DNA from: Lingula anatina
Taxonomy: Eukaryota > Animalia > Brachiopoda
Assembly (NCBI GenBank): GCA_051362555.1
Contig: CM120643.1
Location: 11,878,644-11,942,643 of the forward strand
Reading direction: 5' to 3'
Length of the DNA: 64,000 nucleotides
Shown: positions 52,901-62,798 of the stretch, piece by piece
Numbering within the stretch: position 1 is the first letter of the stretch
How the letters are laid out: every line of letters starts with the position of its first letter
Made by a program: the position numbers and the translations under genes
Notes under the pieces: model-generated
The model's database searches: none
Told to the model about the DNA's origin: nothing
Seen by the model: the letters and a program-made list of their open reading frames with translations, nothing else

Positions 52901-55900
52901 ATCTGAGTCAGCACTACGGTGCCATGTCAACAGATACCATGTGCTCACTCTGGTTGGAACAGTGGACCCTTATGGACACATTTGCCAGAAGCTATTGACC
53001 TGCCCAGAGTTGCTCCAGTGTGCATGTAGGTGCAGATGTAGAGGTTGACAATGTGCAAGGGTAAAATGCACTGTATATTGCACATACAAGGGAGAATTTA
53101 ACGCCTTAACTATTGCAAAGTTTTATAAAGAGTCGTAAGGTGATAAAAACATGGAAATGACTGGTTACTAACTTTAAACATGCTGCCATAAGTATCTGCA
53201 GCGGCAATGTTTTTGATCGGATGTGTGTAAACATCACACAACTGTTTCAACTTACTGGATTAAAAGTATGAATATCTTGCTCAAAAGTGTAGTTCTTAGC
53301 TAGTATTATAGATTTGCCTTACTTAATAGACTAACACAACTTTAAATGCTTGTTGCTAGGGTAATATGTTGCCTAGCAACTGTGGCTAAGATTAATTTGG
53401 GTTTTAATTGCCTTAAAATAGTCTAGTGATAGTTCTGATGCCCTGAAACATAGTTTTTAGCATTTCTAAACCATTTAAACTGGACAAGAAAGGTCTAATT
53501 AGCCTGTTACTAAGGAACTTCACTTCCATAGCAACGGTGCAAAGCAACGCTTTGAAATTTGGGGCACTGCCCTTGAAAGTGATCAGCTTAGTCCAAAGAA
53601 CATTTGTGCCAAGTTTCATGCTTTTTCCACATTCTGAGCAATTTGGCCAATATATAGCACCAGTCATCCAGACTATCAGTTCAGACCTTAAAGACAATAC
53701 AACCCCTTAAATAGAAGCTTATCTGAAATGTACCTGGTGTCGTTATATTTTCAGCCTTCCAAGGTAACCGAAAAACAGCACAAGGCCGCAGTACAGTGTA
53801 GAAAACATTACTTCATTTCTTTCTGTGAAAGCGAGGTCGTGAAGAACAAGAAGGCTATGACGTTGTAAAAACTTTGAATAGGACATTGAATTCTAGTGCA
53901 GGAACTGGTCAAGCATAGTTCCTGAGTAATAGAAAATTGTCCTTTACCCCAGGGAAAATCCCGTGGAGAGTCACTTTTAAGATATTATGAATTTGTAAAG
54001 TTTTTGAACCCGAGCCATGCAATGTGTGCAAAACTCGTGTACCCTTGTCTACAACTGTTACAGTAAGTTACTTCTAATAAATACCAATGTGTATCATGGT
54101 TTGCTCATAAAATACAGAACAAAACTATTTATCTATTTTTATGTACTTTCGCTAACTCACCTTGTTTTTAAATCTCTGTGCAGTATCCGACTAACAGAAA
54201 GAATAACAGCAGACAATTAAAAAAAATTATTATTTTAGTTTTTCATTTCCATTTGTGTAAGCTAAACAGAATTTCAAGTAATATTGTTTGTTTTAGTGTT
54301 TTTATATGCATAAAGCAAGACAGTATTTCGAGTCAAATTGTGATGGTGCTACATACTACATGTGCCTATAATCAGACCGTTTGATCACAATTTTATAAGA
54401 ATATTCATAATCACATGTTCATAAGAAGTAAATATAAACCCTGTATTCCATTTTTAACACATCCTATGATATAAAATTTCACCTGCATCCTGATACCCAT
54501 ACTTTTTAAACTTCTATAAAGAATGAAAGTAATTGCTTTAAAATATTTGGAAATCAAAATGTGATACAAAGAAGAACATTTGTTAAATTTTACGACTCTT
54601 AGAACAGAAAACTTTCAGGAACAACCATGGGATTTTAATTACCTTGAGTGCATGTATTGTACTCCCAACAAAAGCTGAACAAACCAGTCCATAACTTGTA
54701 TCTCATCCAAAGTTTTACCCTCACTGAGATATTTTTGGATTTTATCTTCTAAGTCGCCACCCTGCAAATTAACCATTCACATAAATAATAACATTTAGTT
54801 ATATACAAGAAATTATTATATTCTTGTATAATATTATATTTTCCTCAAATTGAGAAAATGGGTAAAGCATGAGCCCAGCACTTAGTAAACAGCTTCATAA
54901 ATCTAGTGTTTGAAAGAAAATCAACAAAGATGCAGGAGATACAGTACATCTGCATGTAAAGCCCACCTTGAACCATGCTATACTCCTAACAAAAAGTGTC
55001 ACCCCTAATGCAATGCGTTAAGTGTTACAGAAAATAATCTCATACCACTGTTTTCATTTAATTTCTAAAAGGACTGTCTTCACAAAACTTTACTGATGGT
55101 AGAACCAGCTAATTGATAAGCTAACCATACCAAAATAAATACATAAATAAAAGCCACACATTAGTGTTTTGTACACTGCCCTCTGAATAAGAAGACGCAC
55201 CTGACGCATCTGTGCGTGGAGTCAAAAATGTGTGTAACGTTTGAAGAGTGATGGCATTCCACACGCGATGCAAAGATAGTATAAGATCATATTTGTTTGC
55301 AGGGTATCCCTCAGTTGCCCATATCCTAGGATATCCCCCACATTCTCAACGACGTTTCTGATCTAGGGATTGATCTTGACATTATGGCTCTGGATATGGT
55401 TCACCAGCCTGATATTGCTGTTCGTGGCGTAGCATTATCATGCTGAAACACAATGGGTGGTCATGGACCCCAAAGATATTTTCGACAGAATTCCTTTCCA
55501 CTATTTAGATATTTGCTCCGCGTTTAAGTTCCTGTTGACCACTGCCACCTTGCCTGCACCACAATAGCCAATACACCCCACACCATGACTTTTGTGGGCT
55601 GCGTCCTGTCGACTATAGGCAGAAAATTTGGAAATTACTTCTTACCAGCAGTTCTCCAAACCCTTACACGTCCAACACTTCTCACAGTGCTGATCATTCT
55701 TTCATCTCAGAACAGTATCATTGCCTAGTTGTTGGCCGGTGTCCATGCCAGAGTTCTGAATTACCATTTGACTCGTTGTAAACAGTTCCTGACGGTGGCG
55801 CTGTTGACATCTTAACAGCAACCCTGCCAAATAACTGCGATTGTGCATTCGTCTTTTGGCGGTTACTCCAGAAATATGGTTTGCCCTATTCTTGATAAAT

Positions 55901-57029
55901 GTTTCAGTCCAAATGTCAGGAAACGTTTTCTAAGAGAAAGGCGTGTTAACATCCTTTCTTTTGTTTTCCTATGGTATTGACGTTGTCTAACACTCTGCAT
56001 TGTTCTCGTGGAACAATCCTCTGGCAAAACTCCGTTCTCTGTCAACCGCTTTTTAAAAATGCATCCCTCTCACTTAAGGTATTGTCACACCTAGCGTAAA
56101 ATGCTAATGTAAGAGAAAATTGCCCATGGCCATATGCAGACAAACACAAGGGGTTCGTATCTCCACTTCAATACACTGGAAACATGGTGATTCCATATGC
56201 CCAAAGTTGTGCGAATGCGAATGCCACATTTTATACTGATACGTACCTCTTCTACGCTAGGAGCTGCATATTAAAGAATTATTGGTGTTGGGGCATTTCA
56301 ATGGCACGCTAGGTAGGTCGATTTGCTACTACTCACATCCCATTGCATGATGATCAGTCCGTTGCCTTGTTGTAATCTAATAAAGTTAAATCTAAGGGTA
56401 CCCTTAAAGCACTGTACATAATGAAGTAGAGGTGACATTTTTTGCTAGGGGAGTATAGTGTGCTGTAGAAAAATCCAACTGGCAAAACAACTAACAAATA
56501 TTTCACATTCAATCACTTTTATCAATAACAGATACAAGAGCTTTCTTACATCACAGTACTCAGTGACAATACATAAGAACTCCCGATCCAGAAAGCTGTC
56601 ATAAAACTTGACAATACTGGGGTGATCAAGCTTGGACAGCAGATTGGCCTCTTGGATGGCCTTCATTGTTTGATCAGAATGTATTCTACCAACGAGGACT
56701 TTCTTTATAACCTTCCTAAAATATACGGAAAAAATCTTAGAGCATATTTGGTAGATTTTTGTGGTTTAAATTGAACTTATGGAAACTGCAGATGTTATGC
56801 CATGCCGGGGTATTTCATTATGTAAGCAAGAGTGTATTTGGTACAAGGCGATTTCTGGACTAGGCAGCAGTTATATATTGACCATCAATGAAAACGTTAC
56901 AGTTAATTGTCTGTTCTCAGAACTTGAGGTTTTAAAATAGATATATGAAATATAAATACATATATGAACATAATTTATCATACATGTATGTTGATATGAA
57001 AAAATTTCATCTCTTTGTTTCGTTTATGA

Positions 57030-57071
<42 letters not shown>

Positions 57072-57444
57072 TTATTCACGGTACTTGTACATTTTACAAT
57101 GACTGTGAAAATAATTTCTGGTCATGGCTTACACAAGATTCTTGAAGATATACTTCACAATTCAAACCGTATTTGTAATTTTTAATTACTTGAATTTATA
57201 CTGCGGTATGTGCACTATTACATTTACCACATTGATAGTTATCATGGTGATGAAACCCTTAGAACATTTTCTTAAACAGTCAAATGAGACAAATAAAAAA
57301 TGCCACCAGCTCTTACCTTAGTTCTGGATCTTCAGGATCGTCGCACATCAGGTCCTTCACCAAAGAAGCAATACCAAAAGATCCTTTTCCAAGTTGTTTT
57401 TCCACCTGGTATCGCTTGTCAAGAATCATGTTCTCCCCCTCCAT
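26471..57444 (-). CDS. NEK11: NEK11-like (NIMA-related) Ser/Thr protein kinase gene, divergent, ~13 coding exons, ~465 aa
   Basis: Exons 57444-57317, 56715-56550, 54761-54643, 54190-54161, 41464-41303, 40945-40796, 40572-40494, 40403-40324, 34059-33984, 33508-33445, 32724-32548, 26852-26751 and 26535-26471 form one open frame with GT-AG ends. Motifs: LGKGSFG, EANLLSKLDHPSIVKF, CIVTEYCDGGDL, WFVQLLLGVQYMH, HRDLKTRN, KIGDFG, MSPE and GYNSKSDIWS, a NEK11-type pattern. Tail exons are less certain. Confidence 0.85.
26751..26852 (-). CDS. NEK11-like putative tail exon
   Basis: Long pyrimidine tract plus CAG| GISDQSAAGFTFYSQPKDFGVLEEVGEEIEGEAE; weak donor GTGAAG (read-through would stop at 26698). 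Confidence 0.55.
26959..30812. mobile_element. Academ-type non-autonomous DNA transposon with long TIRs
   Basis: TAG...CTA termini, 3-bp TSD TGA. Inverted repeats ~26959-27610 vs ~30170-30812; mirror ORFs 26927+ and 30499- give the same spurious peptide. Confidence 0.8.
28346..29444 (-). mobile_element. Degenerate Tc1 (family B) nested in the Academ element
   Basis: Transposase fragments RVTTPDKDRY, YIDQILQPH, QQDMTRSH and WNRIP; short TIR TACTGACAG/CTGTAAGTA with TA flanks. Confidence 0.75.
31069..31645. mobile_element. TA-flanked MITE (Tc1-mariner/pogo-like)
   Basis: TIR CTGCACGTCCACGATACTGG; TA TSD. Confidence 0.75.
32218..32460 (-). mobile_element. Old L2-like 3' end
   Basis: (ATT)n tail on the minus strand preceded by TGTAAG...GCGCCATATAATAAA. 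Confidence 0.4.
32548..32724 (-). CDS. NEK11-like putative tail exon (acidic)
   Basis: TTTTAAG| (V)RGRAKIEENFDLEEVM...AEDEDDLCLIVEGIETFL |GTATTT; phase 1->1. Confidence 0.55.
33303..33330. repeat. (GT)n microsatellite
   Basis: Direct reading. Confidence 0.95.
33445..33508 (-). CDS. NEK11-like putative tail exon
   Basis: TTCTAG| ARELLYERTSKVRKKRPQSAP |GTGAGA; phase 0->1. Confidence 0.55.
33767..33935. mobile_element. CAGGGGCGGAT-type MITE with a different interior
   Basis: TIR CAGGGGCGGAT; ATTTT repeated on both flanks. Confidence 0.7.
33984..34059 (-). CDS. NEK11-like putative tail exon
   Basis: TTTATAG| EAVGQSSEEAQTKKDQTKSSFLGTK |GTGAGT; phase 2->0 fits its neighbours. Confidence 0.6.
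34530..34740 (+). mobile_element. Penelope-like GIY-YIG C-terminal remnant, copy 1
   Basis: SKSALSQHEEQSGHKV...KVIDSEPREDYRKVL...LNRNDG. Confidence 0.65.
35329..36896 (-). mobile_element. 5'-truncated RTE-clade LINE with frameshifted RT
   Basis: FVDYEKAFDSVE, LRFADD, YIYLGQ and WRWAGHV motifs; (ATG)n tail; 12-bp TSD CTTTCACATACA at 35317-35328 and 36897-36908. Confidence 0.93.
36909..37320 (+). mobile_element. Tc1 transposase fragment
   Basis: QQDNDLPHAAR...QW...PTEHAWNELDERI. Confidence 0.65.
37425..37740 (+). mobile_element. Penelope-like GIY-YIG C-terminal remnant, copy 2, with 3' region
   Basis: Homologous to 34530-34740; IDSEPKEHYRKDLEAIH. Confidence 0.65.
39215..39458. mobile_element. 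Harbinger-like MITE related to 5386-5612
   Basis: Shared GGGAGTCTCACT, CCGGCTTAAATGTC and AGATCGATC motifs in inverted arrangement; TAA TSD. Confidence 0.7.
39975..40035. repeat. (TA)n microsatellite
   Basis: About 30 TA units. Confidence 0.95.
40324..40403 (-). CDS. NEK11: NEK11-like exon 8
   Basis: TTATTTCAG| KLENTKHKKDMQESENSKREAEEIDN |GTAAGT; charged, coiled-coil-like. Confidence 0.8.
40494..40572 (-). CDS. NEK11: NEK11-like exon 7
   Basis: CTTTCAG| MLDVEPEKRASASELLKIPFVQRHKE |GTATTA (kinase subdomain XI). Confidence 0.9.
40796..40945 (-). CDS. NEK11: NEK11-like exon 6
   Basis: TTTTAG| SVGCILYRLCTLKYTYVEQTWKAYIQKIKRGNYLQLPDKYHKDLQEVLQ |GTAAGT. Confidence 0.93.
41303..41464 (-). CDS. 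NEK11: NEK11-like exon 5 (DFG, activation loop)
   Basis: CCAG| NVFLRNNMVKIGDFGLSRILMDTLDMASTYVGTRYFMSPEVYNQEGYNSKSDI(W) |GTAGGT. Confidence 0.95.
41527..41733. mobile_element. Small TIR element (CCCAG termini, TA flanks)
   Basis: TA|CCCAGATAGCA ... TGCTATTTGGG|TA. Confidence 0.5.
42176..42305. mobile_element. Deletion derivative of the 5085-5259 MITE
   Basis: Same TIR and interior, TAA TSD. Confidence 0.8.
43090..43345 (-). mobile_element. Penelope-like RT remnant
   Basis: SKIHKKEVPLRPIVDY followed, after a large deletion, by WKRYVDDIL. Confidence 0.75.
43956..43991. repeat. (GA)n microsatellite
   Basis: Direct reading. Confidence 0.95.
44915..45480 (+). mobile_element. Internally deleted Tc1 related to family C
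   Basis: Similar left end; WAMILFSHESRFSVVRSDGRVRFWKTAGE. Confidence 0.65.
47536..47735. mobile_element. CAGGGGCGGATCCAG-type MITE, second copy
   Basis: Shares ends and interior with 16820-17068. Confidence 0.7.
48306..48549. mobile_element. Harbinger-like MITE
   Basis: TIR GGGACCGTTCACATGGAAAGTCTATTTTCTAAAAATCT, TAA TSD, fold-back interior. Confidence 0.85.
48570..49347. repeat. Diverged tandem repeat, ~315-bp period, ~2.5 units
   Basis: GTGCCAA at ~48661, 48975 and 49290; AGAAGCAGATATTGATA at ~48778 and 49091; TACTTGAAGTTTTAATTTGAA twice; ends in GGACTA (Academ-like end). Confidence 0.7.
49399..49735. mobile_element. TTAA-flanked Kolobok-like MITE
   Basis: TTAA|AGGGATAAT ... ATTATCCCT|TTAA. 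Confidence 0.65.
49841..50481. mobile_element. Harbinger-like non-autonomous element
   Basis: CCGTCACACT/AGTGTGACGG ends; many CATTC/GAATG subterminal repeats. Confidence 0.55.
51157..53675. mobile_element. Second Academ-type element with ~300-bp TIRs
   Basis: TAGTCT...AGACTA termini, 3-bp TSD TCA; inverted repeat ~51157-51450 vs ~53350-53675. Confidence 0.8.
51500..52720 (-). mobile_element. Degenerate L1/Tx1-like ORF2 C-terminal fragment inside the Academ element
   Basis: Broken frames with KYLG and a FCNTARENILYVFWDCPHVKNDW zinc-knuckle-like motif. Confidence 0.55.
54161..54190 (-). CDS. NEK11: NEK11-like exon 4, 30-nt microexon with catalytic loop
   Basis: TTCTTTCTGTTAG| (S)RILHRDLKT(R) |GTGAGT; phase 2-2. 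Confidence 0.93.
54643..54761 (-). CDS. NEK11: NEK11-like exon 3
   Basis: TTTGCAG| GGDLEDKIQKYLSEGKTLDEIQVMDWFVQLLLGVQYMHS |GTAATT. Confidence 0.95.
54981..56455 (-). mobile_element. Degenerate Tc1 (family C) in NEK11-like intron 2
   Basis: TIRs TACTCCTAACAAAAAGTGTCACCCCTA / TAGAGGTGACATTTTTTGCTAGGGGAGTA, TA flanks; MVWGV and FQHDNA remnants. Confidence 0.8.
56550..56715 (-). CDS. NEK11: NEK11-like exon 2
   Basis: TTTTAG| (R)KVIKKVLVGRIHSDQTMKAIQEANLLSKLDHPSIVKFYDSFLDREFLCIVTEYCD |GTAAGA. Confidence 0.95.
57030..57071. repeat. (AAT)n microsatellite, possibly a minus-strand LINE tail
   Basis: Direct reading. Confidence 0.9.
57317..57444 (-). CDS. NEK11: NEK11-like exon 1 (Gly-rich loop)
   Basis: MEGENMILDKRYQVEKQLGKGSFGIASLVKDLMCDDPEDPEL |GTAAGA, phase 2. 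Confidence 0.9.
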
Positions 57445-58444
57445 ACTACTTGGTAGGTATGACTTCTTGTGATTGTTTGATTGGGAGCGTTAGTTCAGAT
57501 AGAAATGCTAACTTCTTATGATAAATAAAATCAATAAAATATCCCTGAAAGGGAAACATTTTAAATAAAGAATGATTGTCCGAATCGTGGGAGGGACTTT
57601 TTAACACCAGGAAATTGACAGACACTTTACAACGGACGAAGACTTGATCAATATTTTTGATCACAGTAACATATGAACACTGTTTGCGAGGGTCGATCCA
57701 TATTATCTGGCTCACTTAGCGCTCATTAAGAAAAAAGTTCCATAAAACGTAATGATAATAATATTTTGATAATAATATTAAAAAAACACCGACCCAAGTT
57801 GAACTAAGGAGTTAATGTGTCAGCAATGTATCCTTTCTGAAGTGTAATTTTGATAATTACTAATTATCAGTTTTATGACTTAATTTTTCTACTATTTTGT
57901 CTTCACTTTATACATACAGTACTAAAGTGCCAACAAATCGGGGCATGGTGTTATCTCTAATTAGCATAAATCCATTATGGCCGCCAGTTCTTATACAATC
58001 TAACAACCCTGTATATAAAGGAAAAGGACGTTGGTTAATACCACAGTTTCAGTCCTACTATGCACTGGGAATATGTCAAATGGCATCCCTTTACTGTCCA
58101 GCGTCGTTTTTGTACCATTTGACAAATACATAATGGCTTCGAACTGTAGAAGTAATAACAATTTGCACTAGAATCGGTTTAAAACATTTGTCATTTAACT
58201 TTTCAAACATAATTAGGGCTTACTACCACTTTCAAATGTTTTTGAGATATCATTACTGAAATTGTATTCAAAATTTGTGAGCAAAAACGTTTAACAAGAT
58301 GTCCATCAAGTCCAACTTAAAAATGCATAAGAGCCATCAGCCTGATTAGCCACCCAAGCAAGGCCACGCTGAGGATCCTACTGTACAGGTTGACGTCACA
58401 AGTAGAGATGACCATTGCTGTGGAGTACTACGGTTTTAGACCAG

Positions 58445-58630
58445 GGCTCCATATCTCGAAAGGTTCGCTATGTTGCGCACGTGCGCAAGTGTCTCGATTC
58501 CATAACCGATTCTATTTCGAGATACGGGGCCATGGAATCGAGACGCTTGCGCACGTGCTAAAGTGTCTCGATTCCATGGCCCCGTATCTCAAAATAGAAT
58601 CGGTTATGGAATCGAGACACTTGCGCACGT
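58445..58630. mobile_element. Second, truncated copy of the palindromic MITE
   Basis: Near-identical to 1973-2193 in the opposite orientation; right end lost. Confidence 0.85.
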
Positions 58631-59897
58631 TTTCTTTGTATGCAATAAGGCGGCTGCCTTCCTTGCCATCCGACAAAAATATTTATATATACACACACTG
58701 GACAATAGAAGTGTCACCCCTACTGAACAAATACTATGGGGGAGATAAATGACTGTGGAATGATATGCTCCTGGTATCATTTTATTAACATCAAATTTCA
58801 CAAAAAAATCACAAAATGAGAACAAAATATACATTCTACCAAAATATGCAGTTTCAAGTCTAAAATTAATACTTAGTGGCATAGCCACATGACCTAATAA
58901 TAGGTGCCAGTCTACGAGGCAAGGATTCATATAATTGTCTGATGCGTTCAGGGTTATGCTGTTATGCGGTTATGCGGGCCCAAGCACGAAACACTGAATA
59001 TAACAGAGTTTCTCTGCTGGTTAGACGGGCATTTGTCAAAAGTTTTGACATATCATTCCACACATTTTCTATTATGTTTGAATCCGGACTCTGGGCAGGC
59101 CACATCACCCTGCGAATGTCCTGTTGGTCAAACATCAACTGCTCTGGGCCTGTGACAAGGAGCATTGTCATCCTGGTGAACAAATGGATAATTCCTGTCA
59201 CCAAACATGTTAGTAATAGATGGTAGCAAGCCTGACTCCAAAACATCGATATATTTCTAGTGATTCATGTTTCTATCAACCACTATCAATTCGCACACGC
59301 CATGGATGCTGATGCAGCCCCACACCATGATGAATATGCTGCTCCGGGTTCGATAATTCAGTGCATGCGGTTCAAATGCTTTACCAGCAGTTCGCCAGCA
59401 TCATACTCGTCTGTCATCAGAGGTCAGACCAAAGCGACACTCATCAGAAAAAATATATAGGACCAATTGTCATGGACTGTCCAGTTCCAGATCCTGGTGA
59501 CCCTAGTTCACTCTACGTTGCCTGTTTTGTAACGATATCAGAGGTTTCAGTCTTGCTACCCTGCTGTACACTATGAGCATGTAACCGACGCCTAGCAATT
59601 TTCACAGACACATTCTTATGTGTGAAATTGTTCCACTGTGTTGTCAACTGACAAGCAATGTCAAACTTTGACAACCTGGACATCAAAATCAGTCTTCGGT
59701 CTTCACGGCCAGTAGTTTTTCTTGGACGACCCATCAGAGGCAATCTGTCTCTTGATCCAGTGTTTCTATACCGAGACCAAACCCTCTGCACGGTTCTGAC
59801 TGAACAATTCAATTGTATCGATATTCTGACATTGCTTATATTCCGCCTCTTCAGGTTAATGACTTGCACCTATAACCGTTAGATAATTGCCTGTATC

Positions 59898-62798
59898 TTG
59901 CCTTTGCTTGACAAAAACAGTGTACCATTAGTAAAGCTAGCCCTCATGAACTGCCGATCAGTGCGCAATAAGGAAGCTATTATACGGGATTACATCAACG
60001 AAAACAACACTGGCATTGTTTGCATGGTCGAAACATGGATATCTCCAGACATTCAACAGTCAGTAGAAGCAAGTTTGATTCCAACGGGTTACCAGTGTAT
60101 CCAAATACCACGGACTGATCGACGAGGAGGGGGTGTGGCACTCATGGCAAAGAATGTTTTCGCAATAAAACAGCTCCCTAAAGTAGTAGAAACCAGCTCA
60201 TTTGAATATACTGAAGTATTGGCAAGAGCTATTTCAGAGACACTTCGCATCCTTATCATATACAGAATACCACCTTTAAAGGCAAACAGAATAAGCAAAT
60301 CTTCCTTTTTAACTGAATTTAGTGAGCTTCTTGAATATCTGGGGCCACTGAAGGGAAAATTGTTAATCGCTGAGGATATGAATTTACATTGGGAAAAGGC
60401 CGAAAACACTGAAACTAAGCAATTCACAGCTCTTTTAACCTCATTTGGATTAGTCCAACATGTCACAGGTCCCACGCATGTGCGTGGCCACACCTTAGAT
60501 TTAGTCCTATCTAGGGAGGATGATGCCCTAGTTAATAACTGTGTAGTGAGCCATCTAATTTCTGATCATCACATCATTCAAGCTGATCTTCAGTGTGGCA
60601 AACCCCACCCGAAAAAAGACAAAGTGTCATACAGAAAAATAAAAGACATTGACATCAGCGAACTCCATAACTTAGTGTCTACCAAAATTAAGGAACTGAA
60701 CTTCTTGAACTGTGATCCGAATGAATGTGTCATGTACTACGACCAAATTTTGTCCCAGTCATTGGACCAGTTGGCACCTTTGAAAGCAAAAACCCTGGTT
60801 CAGAGAGACCTTCAACCATGGATTAATGATGATATTCTTGCTGCAAAGAGGGATCGCAGACAGGCAGAAAATCTGTGGCGAAGAAGCAAATTAACCATTC
60901 ACCACCAGCGCTACAAGGAGGAGTGTCACCGTGTTAACCAACTTATCAAAAAAGCTAAGGAAACTTATTATTCAGAGATGATAGACGCGTGTGACGGTGA
61001 CCAAAAAGCATTGTTTACAACTGTTAATAGTCTTATGGGTAAGAACAAACGCGTAGCGCACCCACCCTCAACGTCTTTGAAAGACCTAGCTGACAGCATG
61101 GGATCTTTCTACATCGCAAAAATCAGTAAAATATATGGCGAACTTGAATCATTAGAAAAGACAGTTGCAACACCATTACATCCCCCGATCTCTTATCTTC
61201 TCCCGAAGCCTTCACTCTTACTTACTGCCTTTGAGGAAGCAACGGAAGACGAGGTGACAAAAATCATTTCTAGATCTAAGAAGACATCATGCCTCCTTGA
61301 CCCTATGCCGACAACTCTGCTCTCCCAGATTCTCCCTGCAATCATTGGTCTCATAACTCACATTGTAAACATTTGCGTTAAAACCGGGAATTTTCCTGAA
61401 TTGTTTAAGTCTGCAATTATCCGTCCACTACTGAAAAAGCCTAACCTAAATGCAGAACTCTTGCAAAATTATCGACCTGTATCTAACTTGTCATTTCTGT
61501 CTAAAGTGGTAGAGCGTGTGATCGCCACAAGATTGTTCAATCACTTAAATGCAAATAACTTGGTTGAGAAAATGCAGTCGGCATACAAGGTGAATCATAG
61601 CACTGAGTCAGCACTCCTTAGTATTAAAAATGATTTGCTATGTGCGGTCGACAGTCACTCCGCTGTGTTACTCGTTCTCTTGGACCTATCGGCCGCATTT
61701 GACACTGTTGATCATCAGGTATTGCTGTCATTTTTGGAAGAAACTGTTGGGATAAAAGATACAGCACTAAATCTTTTCCGTTCTTACCTCACAGGCAGAT
61801 CACAACAAGTATGCGTGGACGGAGTTCTCTCTGAATTAGCTCAACTTGTCTTTGGTGTTCCACAAGGCAGTGTGTTAGGACCACTCATATTTTGTATTTA
61901 TACTTTACCGCTTGGTGCAATCCTTCGTTTTCATGAGATTGGTTATCACATTTATGCTGATGACACTCAGCTTTACACATCCTGCAATATTAGAAACCCT
62001 GAATCATCAATTACTAAAATAGCCAACTGTATTTCTGATATAAGGGGGTGGATGATCAGAAACAAACTCAAGATCAACGACGAGAAAACTGAATTCCTAG
62101 TAATATCTCAACCACACAATAAGAACATTGCCCGCAGTCTTAGCATGTCAATAGGTGCCAGCGTGGTACAAGTCTCATCTCACGCCAAAAATCTGGGAGC
62201 TTATTTTGACAGTACATTGTCCATGAACAGGCAAATTTCTAACGTATCCAAAACATGTATGTTCAATATTAGAAACATTGGTTCCTTACGAAAACATTTA
62301 ACCGACTCTTCTACAGCAACAGTTATACATGCCCTGGTTACATCGAGACTTGATTTCTGCAACTCCCTTCTTTATGGATCTTCAGAGGAACAAATCAAAC
62401 GGCTACAGCGTGTACAGAATATATCTGCTCGCCTACTGACCCGCACTCCAAAAGACAACCACATTACTCCTGTTTTAATGATGTTGCACTGGCTCCCTGT
62501 CCGAGCACGCATTTTATTCAAACTTTTAACATTTGCACATGCAGCATTTTATAAACTTGCACCTTCTTATTTAAATGAGCTTGTTTCACACTATGTGCCA
62601 TCAAGAAATCTCAGATCAGGTGATCACCTTCTTCTTAAGGTTTATAAGGCAAGATTAGTATCATACGGTGATAAAGCTTTTAAATTTGCAGCACCAAAAG
62701 AATGGAATATTTTACCCATCAGTCTTAGACAAATTGTGGACCCTGGACATTTTAAAAAGGAACTAAAAACCCACCTTTTTAAACAATATTATCTTTAA
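59898..62798 (+). CDS. L2-clade (CR1 group) non-LTR retrotransposon ORF2: AP endonuclease + reverse transcriptase
   Basis: Uninterrupted 966 codons. APE motifs NCRS, VETW, GGGVAL, IYRIP, EDMN, TLDL and SDH; RT motifs NYRPVSNL, DLSAAFDTVDH, GVPQGSVLGP and YADD; C-terminal LHWLPV and GDKAF. First ATG is at 59946; the TTG at 59898 belongs to Tc1 sequence. Confidence 0.95.
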   Translation: MPLLDKNSVPLVKLALMNCRSVRNKEAIIRDYINENNTGIVCMVETWISPDIQQSVEASLIPTGYQCIQIPRTDRRGGGVALMAKNVFAIKQLPKVVETSSFEYTEVLARAISETLRILIIYRIPPLKANRISKSSFLTEFSELLEYLGPLKGKLLIAEDMNLHWEKAENTETKQFTALLTSFGLVQHVTGPTHVRGHTLDLVLSREDDALVNNCVVSHLISDHHIIQADLQCGKPHPKKDKVSYRKIKDIDISELHNLVSTKIKELNFLNCDPNECVMYYDQILSQSLDQLAPLKAKTLVQRDLQPWINDDILAAKRDRRQAENLWRRSKLTIHHQRYKEECHRVNQLIKKAKETYYSEMIDACDGDQKALFTTVNSLMGKNKRVAHPPSTSLKDLADSMGSFYIAKISKIYGELESLEKTVATPLHPPISYLLPKPSLLLTAFEEATEDEVTKIISRSKKTSCLLDPMPTTLLSQILPAIIGLITHIVNICVKTGNFPELFKSAIIRPLLKKPNLNAELLQNYRPVSNLSFLSKVVERVIATRLFNHLNANNLVEKMQSAYKVNHSTESALLSIKNDLLCAVDSHSAVLLVLLDLSAAFDTVDHQVLLSFLEETVGIKDTALNLFRSYLTGRSQQVCVDGVLSELAQLVFGVPQGSVLGPLIFCIYTLPLGAILRFHEIGYHIYADDTQLYTSCNIRNPESSITKIANCISDIRGWMIRNKLKINDEKTEFLVISQPHNKNIARSLSMSIGASVVQVSSHAKNLGAYFDSTLSMNRQISNVSKTCMFNIRNIGSLRKHLTDSSTATVIHALVTSRLDFCNSLLYGSSEEQIKRLQRVQNISARLLTRTPKDNHITPVLMMLHWLPVRARILFKLLTFAHAAFYKLAPSYLNELVSHYVPSRNLRSGDHLLLKVYKARLVSYGDKAFKFAAPKEWNILPISLRQIVDPGHFKKELKTHLFKQYYL

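Noticed and set aside
60089-60493. 134-aa antisense ORF within the L2 (likewise 35760-36134 within the RTE)
   Set aside because: Shadow frames of real coding sequence.
59898-62798. Long RT ORF as a retron, DGR, group II intron or domesticated host gene
   Set aside because: The APE domain, L2 motifs, (ATT)n tail and insertion into a Tc1 identify an ordinary LINE ORF2.
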